Shown here: positions 12,501 through 21,281 of the stretch, in pieces
Layout: every line of letters begins with the position of its first letter
How positions within the stretch are numbered: the first letter of the stretch is position 1
Assembly: GCA_030248215.1 (NCBI GenBank)
Contig: JASANG010003984.1
Coordinates: 372,001 to 436,000 of the forward strand
DNA: 64,000 nt
Direction: 5' to 3'
DNA from: Enoplolaimus lenunculus
Taxonomy: Eukaryota
The notes under the pieces: generated by a model
The model's input: only the letters and a program-made list of their open reading frames with translations
Databases searched by the model: none
What the model was told of the DNA's origin: nothing
Made by a program: the position numbers and the translations under genes

Positions 12501-15500
12501 ACAGTAGGATTAGGCTTAGGCTTACGCTTAGGAATATACTCGAATATACTGTTCCGGTCGAGTTCTTTACATTGGCCAATATATGTAGCATCAATGACCG
12601 TTTAACGATAACTGCCGGAAATTTTGTACCAACCAAAAAACACTATACCAATTTGACACATTTTTGAACCTGATTGCTGTTTACTTCTAACAGAGTCGAG
12701 CTTCACTAGTGTTGTACTGGATCTGTGTTTTGATTGGCTTGTTTCAAAACAAATTGGTAACTGGTGATAAGTGCAACTCATATTTGAGAATACGAACCAA
12801 GCGCTCAAATTTCGACGAAAAAATCCCGAAATTTCCCGAAATCTCCAACAATAACATTACTGAGGCCGGAGGTCGATTTTCTGCTCGCGAAACTTCCGAC
12901 AAAATTTTGGAGCCGAAGGTCGCAAAAATTAATGCAGAAACACGAATTCTTAAGTAGATTCTACCGTTGCGTTGTATAGCATTATATTGTGTGTTTATTG
13001 AGTTGGCCAATGTAAACAACAGCGGCAGAACAGTATTATAACGATTATTTCTAAGCCTAAGCCTAAGCCTAAGATTGAGCATATTCTTAAGCATAAGCCT
13101 AAGCCTAAACCTAAACCAAGCAAAAAAAAGTCGACTAACGCTTAAGCTTATTCTATTGCAGTCCCACAGCAAAACGTTCCGCCCCTGATCTTTACATGGG
13201 CCTTCAAGGGTTCAAGGGTAAGCAAAAACATCAAACGTCAACCGAACAGGTCGTATACCCAGAAGAAAATTAATGCCCATTTCGGCCCATGTATACATCA
13301 AAGGTGAACCACTCATCCGCGGGACTGCAACAGACTTAGCTTAAGCTTCAGACTATTTTTTGCTTAGGCTTACGCTTTTAGGCTTATGCTAACGGTTACA
13401 CTTAGGCTTTACGAATATGCTTATACTACTGTAGGACAGCCATGATGTTTACATTGGCGTCGAATGCCCCAGGTCTGGCTCAAATATTAGCGACTTACGC
13501 CAAATCTGTAACAGTAATCGCAAAATACACCATACAACTTTTGTCGTATTCGGCTTCAGAATATTTGCACGAAAATTTTTTCGGCGGATCGCCAAAGAAT
13601 ACTGCCAAATCTGGATTGATGAATTTGTACAAATCAATATCGATAGTGACGTCACCGGATGCACCAGCCTAAAAACGTAAATGTACAAATCAATATCGAT
13701 AGTGACGTCACCGGATGCACCAGCCTAAAAACGTAAATGTACAAATCAATATCGATGGTGACGTCACCGGATGCACCAGCCTAAAAACGTAAATGTACAA
13801 ATCAATATCGATGGTGACGTCACCGGATGCACCAGCCCAAAAAACGTAAACAAAACGCATAAACATTGCCAAGAGGATTTTGTGACGGCCACGTGAACGA
13901 TCAGTTGCAACAGCAACAATTAAGACCCAAAGATAGCTCACCTTGCATGAGAGGCTAAAATGCTTTAACAGCGGCATACAAGGGCTTTTAATGACTTTTA
14001 CAAGCAACGTTGAAAATTTGGCTCTCATTTGTCAGACTTTAAAATGTCATGGTGGCTCTCATTGGTCAGACCTTAAAATGCCATGGCGGCTCTCATTGGT
14101 CAGACCTTAAAATGCCATGGCGGCTCTCATTGGTCAGACCTTAAAATGCCATGGCGGCTCTCATTGGTCAGACCTTAAAATGCCATGGCGGCTCTCATTG
14201 GTCAGACCTTAAAATGCTATGATGCCTCTCATTGGTCAGACCACGAATTTACGCTTCAAACGTTTTGTTGTCAAAATTAACTGGATCAAAGATGCTTTAG
14301 ACAAAATCATATTGTCATCCTGAGTCGCGAGGTTCGCATCGAACCGACTCAATCGTTGGGTTGTTGAGTACACTGATTGAATTAGGCTCACGCCATTGGC
14401 TGGCGTTCTAAAATTTGAACTTGGCGCACCAAACTAAGAAGCTGTTATTTAAGCCTTTGTGCTCTCTAAAAGCTTAAACTATCTTGATTCAGGCTTAAGG
14501 TAATCCAGAAGTATTAAACTAAGTTTATGGATTAATTAAACTAACAGGTAGGTTTACGCTTACACTCATTTAAGATGTTACATATTTTCAGTTTAAGCTA
14601 ATCCTAATAAACTCTTGGATACACATAGTTTCTGGGCCGCACTTGTTACTTAAACTAAAAATATGTTTACTTTAAACTTTTGTTAAACTTAAAAACATAT
14701 TAATTTAAGGAAAACTTAAAATTCTTGTTTAGTTAGCCCGTCCAGCTGTTTAAGTTTTGATTAAATTAAATAATCTATTTAAATTGCTATTAATAAAGTT
14801 TAAGTTTATAGAGAGGGTGGTAATTTTAAGAATCAAATAAGAACAAATTTTCGATATAGCATTTGTCTCATTTTCAAAATTTTCAACATTGCGTTTTTAA
14901 AGCGATTTTCGACTTACCAATCTGAGTGGAGTAGCTTCAATGGGTGCCCGCTTATACATTTGATGATCATATTTTGGTTTACCATAGGTTGAAAGTTGTT
15001 GCTGATTGCCTCGACGTCCCTGGTTCCTATCCCGGTTGATATACGTTGACCCTCTTCGGTTTGAATCAACCCCTCGCATTCGACTGTTTCTTCCGTTACT
15101 CTCCGATCGGCCTCTGTTATATCGATCATCGTTGTTACGATATCTGTTATCGTTGTTATATCGGTTATTATTATTATTATTATTATTATTATTGTTGTTG
15201 TTGTTGTTGTTGTTGCGATTGTTTGCGCCTGAATTGCGTGATCTGTGATAAGGACTTTGTTGATTTCGCGGCCGTGATGCATAGAAATCTGGATCTGCGT
15301 TGAGGATCTAAAAATATCGTAAATAATAAAAAATATGCCAATTTTTGAAAAATAATAAAATATCGTCAAATATCAGTTTCAATTGTGTTTAATTGTTTTA
15401 AATTTGTCTTCTAAACTTTAAATTCGTCCCACAAAACCGAGACATGGAACGCGCAGCTGATCCAAAACTGTGGAGGTTCATATAACCTTGGGGCAAGGGC

Positions 15501-16251
15501 CCATATTCTCAAATGAGTATAGCAACTATCATCAGTTCCTAATATGTTTTCAAACTCACTATTAACTATTGCAATTGTTCAAGTAAAAATTGGTACCGAA
15601 GTACAACAAATCATATGCGAAAAATATGCTGAATTACGAGCCTCAGTATTCACTTGTTCCATAGTTACAAGACCTATCACCAACTGGTGTTAGGTTCTAC
15701 ACATATTTATGAATACAGGTCAAAATAGTTAATAATTTGTGTATATTTCGGGACGTTTCTATTTTTCACAAATTTTCCACGCTATGTTGTTATATACGAA
15801 AAACTTTCTGACTTCAAAAATTTGATGAGCAAAGCAGGCACGGCCACCTCCGGCGGATGCGACAGTAAAATTGAGAACAGTCAAAAATTGTTCAAAATCG
15901 CTTTATTTTAACCCCTTCTCACATTGAGTTGCCTACAGGCAACTCAGCGCAGTGTATATACGTTAAATAATATATATCGCACCGTGTTTAACAATTGCCA
16001 CACGTATACATAGTACTAAATCACCACAAGACGTCAGAGCCACCTCGGGCTCGAGCGTCAAGCTCCTATAGCTGCGTGGTGATGGTATACGCCTCCCACT
16101 CCAGTCACTGGAGTTCGAATCCTAGCATAAAAGAATGTCTCAGGGGAAATAGAAAATATTCACGTGGGAAAGTGTTTAAAATATTATCAATACGTACCTC
16201 AGCCAAAGCAAAAATGATGATGCAAACGCAGAAAACTACCAAACGTGACAT
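6575..16251 (-). CDS. Divergent Notch-ligand-like (Delta/Jagged-like) type I membrane protein, 11 exons, 591 aa: signal peptide, N/R-rich region, C2/MNNL-like, DSL-like, TM, cytoplasmic tail
   Basis: Exons (minus): 16251-16198, 15307-14918, 14433-14253, 13610-13499, 11829-11688, 10676-10510, 9642-9425, 8593-8484, 7863-7760, 7406-7209, 6674-6575. All introns are GT-AG, phases match, and the total is 1776 nt with no internal stop. Signal peptide MSRLVVFCVCIIIFALAE. MNNL-like motifs KSCMVYF, GHPLSYKFAAKPASFMFVVYS and DAKWH. DSL-like LTFTISCDTTRFGNECDLWNCEPIDD...CPPGVIGQDC. TM TIVLGVFFGLAFLILLAMCIFLFVFA. Gene structure is well supported; the family call is by eye. Confidence 0.8.
6918..7126. mobile_element. 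Palindromic CACT-ended MITE copy, TA TSD
   Basis: Same family as 4666-4874, 209 bp, ta...ta flanks. Confidence 0.85.
7573..7710. repeat. AT-rich tandem repeat, unit of about 30 bp
   Basis: ttattattcaat(c/g)tttatttttattttt repeated about five times. Confidence 0.8.
8615..9061 (-). mobile_element. MITE family B copy
   Basis: tactgtagtg... to ...ttattcgggtcactacag; homologous to the 12057 copy. Confidence 0.75.
10143..10501 (+). mobile_element. MITE family A copy
   Basis: Imperfect TIRs ctctctaaaagct / agtttttagagag; homologous to 630-982. Confidence 0.8.
10720..10918 (+). mobile_element. TTAGGC-repeat MITE copy
   Basis: Flanks aagtgttt/aagtgatt (8-bp TSD with one mismatch). Confidence 0.75.
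11030..11231. mobile_element. GC-rich MITE of about 200 bp (hAT-like ends)
   Basis: TIR gggttgcgctata / tataccgcaaccc with GC-rich CGCCG interior. Confidence 0.55.
11250..11600 (-). mobile_element. MITE family A copy (reverse)
   Basis: Reverse complement of the 10143 copy (tggacggactaactaaactagaatttt, ctgctggattagcttaagc). Confidence 0.75.
12057..12507 (-). mobile_element. MITE family B copy nested in a TTAGGC-repeat MITE
   Basis: tactgtattgacc...ggtcaatacagta splits the host element 11923-12576 at a TA. Confidence 0.8.
13626..13850. repeat. 56-bp minisatellite x4
   Basis: Units at 13626, 13682, 13738 and 13794: tgtacaaatcaatatcgat(a/g)gtgacgtcaccggatgcaccagcctaaaaacgtaaa. Confidence 0.95.
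14020..14242. repeat. 34-bp minisatellite, about 6.5 copies
   Basis: Unit ggctctcattggtcagaccttaaaatgccatggc. Confidence 0.95.
14462..14815 (+). mobile_element. MITE family A copy
   Basis: ctctctaaaagcttaaact ... aagtttatagagag with the same internal motifs. Confidence 0.8.
15912..16175 (+). mobile_element. piggyBac-like MITE with TTAA TSD and internal tRNA-like segment
   Basis: TTAA at 15908 and 16176; ccccttctcacat end; reverse-orientation copy at 57674-57933. Confidence 0.8.
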
Positions 16252-17257
16252 GATTGGTTTAAATAAATTAACGAATTAAAATAATTAATTTCGTGTTTAT
16301 CGCTCTTAAAATAATATAAAATTAAAAGTTTTCAAAATAATCTTGTCAGACCCGTACAGTCTGAATGCAACATGTCAGAGGTGACCCTGATATTTCAAAT
16401 ACTGCATGCGGAGGTTTTACAATACAAAGCGGAGCTGAAACGTTTTAATTTTGTGCCAAGATTTGTCAATCGATACGACTATGTCGTCTGTAGCTGCACG
16501 AGAAATTGTTAGCCCCCACCCCCCATCAAAATGAGCTGGCCATGAGCTTGGGGTAAAAGTGCGAAAAACATTCAGGTTCGTCACAATAATGTAATACATA
16601 TATATATATATACATATATATATTATTTTGAAAAAGAATATTTGTCTAAATTATAGCGCTTGCTGAACAAAATAATCAGATCAGTTAAGAAAACGTTAAC
16701 ATTTAGTTAAAGTATATATATTATGTAAGCTTTCTCGTAGGGCAATAAGCTAACGCAACACAGTTCAAAACCGTTATGCAGTTTGCGATTTAAAGTGCAA
16801 TTTTTGTGCAAAATCGCAAGCTATAAACGTTACTTGCACTGCGTGACATTAGCCGTGCACTGATAAGCCTAAACGCATTCAAAACATACAGGATGCAGTT
16901 TAATATCAACTGCAAAATGTCTATAATAACAGACAACGCTTTTTAAACTTGAACGCCCTTGATTATGGGGGATACAACAGTCGAGCCCCCGTTGTAATAA
17001 TTTTCAATGTGTCACTTAATAAAAACCGTTTCGGCCGAATAAGCCAAACCGTTGTATGATAATTTTTGGATCTAAAACGGAACATAAGTTTGAATATTTA
17101 TTAAATATGCAAAATATTACACGAAAAACTTAATTGGTACGTTTACACGCAAAAATATTGTCTTAAAAATGAAAAGACGGTTACATTCTCAATATTTTCA
17201 AAGCAAAAATGTTTTAAATTTCAAACAAAAACTCTTAAAACCCCAGAAATTTGTGGT

Positions 17258-17692
17258 TACTGTAGTGACCCGAACAAGATAGTGGAGACTGATATTTATT
17301 TGGCCTCTCGAGAGGGCATTCGCTTTTGTTATTCAACTACAGACTGTTATTCATTTTTAACCTGCAATCCGCAACCCTTCGTTACTGATATATATCCGGT
17401 ATTGCAACAATCCGTTGAATTAAACATTTATTTGTCTTGTAGATATATTGCTAAGTTATACTTAGGAATGTACTTTCGAAACTTAAGTTTGCTTTCAAGT
17501 TTCGAAGTCAACTTTAATTGATGCTGGAGTAATAAATGCACGACAATTAGGGCTAATTGACATCTATGAACTCTAATTAGGGTTTAGGGCCCCTATTCGC
17601 TTACGGACTCTTATTAGGGATGCGGACTCCTACTGATTGAGACTCAAAATCGGGGCTCCTGTTATAACCCCACTTATTAGGATCACAACAGT
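17258..17692 (+). mobile_element. MITE family B copy
   Basis: tactgtagtgacccgaac...ggatcacaacagta. Confidence 0.75.
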
Positions 17693-19029
17693 ACTTAATA
17701 TATGTTTATAACGTAAATTTTTAATGTTCAAGAAACAGAGTGCAATCGGAATTGCCGTTCCGGTAATCTATTCAAATTCTGGTTCCGGTAAATTGTAGTT
17801 GCACCCAGGAAATTATTATTGCGAATTGTGTGGACGTAAATTTGTTTACTTTCAAAAAATAGTTGCTTTCAGTGGCGGATCCATAAACTTCAAAAAGGTG
17901 CGCCCACGAAAGACATAATATTAATACAAACTCGGACACGAAGCGAACGAAATCCGAACTTTATTTTAGAGTAAATCCTTAATACAAAATTTTGGTTTTG
18001 ATCCCTGTTGGGTGCATAGTCCGGGGTGCACCATTGGACCCCCAGTGGTTGCCTTAAACCAATGAAGTATATTTTTGTAAACGAGTTTCTCCATTAACAT
18101 TCTTCAACATTCATAAGTGTATAATCAACGTTTAGGCGTAATGCGGGTTGAACTAAATGTTTCCTAAACCTGGACAGAACTTGAAGCAATTTTGTTGATT
18201 GTCGTGTCCGTTAATTTTTTCTGTATTTACTACAGTTTATGCCGGTTGTCTGAGTGTAACTTACATATTTGAGCAGTTTAGTCCATTCTACTGCTTTGGT
18301 TTCAGTATGGATTTTAATTCGGACTTGTCGACTTTATCCACCAACGAACTCTAATTAGCGATACAAACTCCTATTGATTGGGACTCAAAATCTGAACGCG
18401 TTTAATGCCAGATAAGACAAACGCTTAACCAAACACTTATTTGTTTTAGTTGGAAACTGAGCGGCTCCAACACGATTGGATGTTCAGGACAGCTCAGTCA
18501 ACAACTGGAAAAAGTACTCAAATTCAACCAATGATATTGCAACCTACGTAACACTTTCTGCATTTTAATGTCATCCTGGTTATCCAATCGTATTAGTGTT
18601 TGGCCAAGTTTACTTTAAGGAGCGTAACAGTAGATTAAGCGTATTCCTAAACCTAAGCGTAAGCCTAAGTGGTGCAAAAATGAGTTCCTAAACCTAAAAC
18701 TAAGCCTAAGCCTAAGCAAAAAAATGTAATCCAGAATCTGAACTTGCTTTTTTATAGACCCACCAGAAACCTGGACACCGCTTAAAGTGGGCCGGTGTGT
18801 TTGCATATCAGCAATTTTGCTTACTTCTCGAAACAAAAATTTGCATTTGACATATATCATTATTGCTAAACTGGGACAAATGAGTATGCAGGGTTGCATT
18901 AAGCTAAAATTTGCCCGTAGTTACCGTTGAATTTTATAAGTTTTTGTAGTTTTTCAACTCAAAAGCATTTAACCGCTAAATCATGGGAACAAAACGATGA
19001 TTAGTGCATCAATAAATGTTTATAATTAT

Positions 19030-19314
19030 GGTCCATGTAAAGATCAGGGCGGAACGTTTTTCTGTGGAACTGCAATAGTGTAAGCTTAAGTTTTAGAGTG
19101 ATTTTTTGTTTTGGCTTAGGCTTAGGCTTAGGCTTAGTCTTAGGCATAGGAATATGCTCATTCTTACGCATAGGCGTAGGCTTAGGCTAAATAATATGCT
19201 CATTCTTAAGCTTAGGCTTAGGAATATGCACATTCGTACACTTAGACTTAGACTTAGGCTCAGGCTTAGGAATATGCTTATAATACTGTTCAGCACCTGT
19301 TCTTTACATTGGCC
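19030..19314 (-). mobile_element. TTAGGC-repeat MITE copy
   Basis: ggtccatgtaaag...ctttacattggcc; flanks ataattat/ataactat. Confidence 0.75.
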
Positions 19315-19873
19315 ATAACTATTAAGGTCTGCCCTCATACCTTAGCTGGCTCATTTAACGATCGGGGGCGAAACGTTTTTCTGTGGGACTGAAACATAGT
19401 AAGCTGATAAGCTTTATACTATTTTTTTGCTTAGGCTTAGGTTTTAACATAGGCTTAGGTATAAGCTTGTTCCTACGCTTAGGCTTAGGCCTAGGCTTAA
19501 GAATATGCTTATATACGCTACTGTTTCGCCCTTGTTCTATACTTGGCCCACTAACCAATCGAAGAAAGCAACAGATAACAAAATGCATTTAGCTTGAAAT
19601 GCTAAAATAGCAATTTAAAGCTTACAAGTCATTGCAAACTATTCGTGCAGTTTTTAGCAATTAATGAATGCGTTGGCAATTATTTACATAATTACAGCAT
19701 AATTTTCGGTTTAGCTCAGTATTAAAGGCTTATAACAAACGTACGTTTAATTTTGATAACAGTCAAGATATGAATCATTTTGAATTAAACGGCGCTAACA
19801 CCGTTCAAAGACTCCGATACGCATACGTAAAAACATTTGCATAAATTTTATTATAATTTTAATATACCACAGT

Positions 19874-20765
19874 TGGCTAAAGTAGAGAACATGACGGCGA
19901 TAGTAGTATAAAGCTTTATTCCTAAGCCTAAGCCTTAGCCAAAGCGTAAGAATCAGCTTATACCTAAGCCTAAAGTCTAAACGTAAGCCAAAAATGGTCT
20001 AAAGGTTAAGCTTTAACAGTAATATAAGCATATTCCTAAGCCAAAGCCTAAAAGCGTAAGGATGATCCCATTCCAGTAGAGAACACGACGGCGATAGTAG
20101 TATAAAGCTTTATTCCTAAGCCTAAGCCTTAGCCAAAGCGTAAGAATCAGCTTATACCTAAGCCTAAAGTCTAAACGTAAGCCAAAAATGGTCTAAAGGT
20201 TAAGCTTTAACAGTAATATAAGCATATTCCTAAGCCAAAGCCTAAAAGCGTAAGGATGATCCCATTCCAGTAGAGAATATGACGGCGATAGTAGTATAAA
20301 GCTTTATTCCTAAGCCTAAGCCTTAGCCAAAGCGTAAGAATCAGCTTATACCTAAGCCTAAAGTCTAAACGTAAGCCAAAAATGGTCTAAAGGTTAAGCT
20401 TTAACAGTAATATAAGCATATTCCTAAGCCAAAGCCTAAAAGCGTAAGGATGATCCCATTCCAGTAGAGAACACGACGGCGATAGTAGTATAAAGCTTTA
20501 TTCCTAAGCCTAAGCCTTAGCCAAAGCGTAAGAATCAGCTTATACCTAAGCCTAAAGTCTAAACGTAAGCAAAAAATGGTCTAAAGGTTAAGCTTTAACA
20601 GTAATATAAGCCTATTCCTAAGCCGAAGCCTAAAAGCGTAAGGATGAGCCCATTCCAAAGACTAAGCCTAAGCCTAAGCCCAAGCAAAAAATTTAGTCTA
20701 AAGGTTAAGCTGACTCTGTTACAGTCGCTCCGGAAAATGATCCGGCCCCGTTCTCTACATGGGTC
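19874..20765 (+). repeat. TTAGGC-repeat MITE with an internal 194-bp unit tandemly amplified four times
   Basis: Units start at 19882, 20076, 20270 and 20464 and are nearly identical; bounded by TIR-like gtagagaac / gttctctac. Confidence 0.9.
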
Positions 20766-20996
20766 GTTGTTGTCTTTCAACGATTACTTTGTAATAATAT
20801 CAAATTTAATCAGCGACTTAGGTATTTACTTAACTTTAGTACCTACACTTTTAAAAACGAAAAAATGGTTAAGCAATTACTTAACACGTACTTTAAGTAC
20901 TAAGTTGCACTGAAGTAGGGTTTTGCAAACCCAGCCATTATAATCGGTAATTTTTACGATTGTATTGCCAGAGTCCAGTTGTTAACCGATGTTCCG

Positions 20997-21221
20997 CTCC
21001 TAAACTTCTGCGTCATCCATTGAATAGGTAATGTTTAGGCATAAGCTAAAATTTTGACTGAAAATTTTTTTGAAATTCCGCCTGAGAATTAGTAATGGTT
21101 AGCAATACGCCTCCTAAACTTCTGCATCATCCATTGAATAATGTTTAAGCGCAAGCTAAAATTTTGACTCTAACAGTTTTTTGAAATTCCGGCTAAGAAT
21201 TAGTAATGGTTAGCAATACGC
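20997..21221. repeat. Tandem duplication of about 112 bp upstream of IPMK
   Basis: ctcctaaacttctgc...aattagtaatggttagcaatacgc occurs twice. Confidence 0.85.
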
Positions 21222-21281
21222 ATGCTGGTTCAGTTGAAATTAATTTTCAAAACCTATTTTGTTTAAAATCACTGAACCTAT

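Noticed and set aside
14914..15369. ORF-track poly-Thr/Ile, poly-Leu and poly-Tyr/Cys proteins
   Set aside because: Alternative frames of the AAC/AAT repeat; the splice-consistent frame encodes poly-Asn.
16062..16126. Functional tRNA gene
   Set aside because: A/B boxes are present but I could not fold a full cloverleaf, and it lies inside a repeated TIR element.
19093..19592. ORFs rich in LRLRLR/LSLSLS/PKPKP (also at 11922, 12744, 18615, 20644)
   Set aside because: They are translations of TTAGGC hexamer repeats in MITEs.
19882..20657. Regularly spaced repeats resembling a CRISPR array (also 13626-14242)
   Set aside because: Units are contiguous with no unique spacers, there are no cas genes, and the context is eukaryotic.
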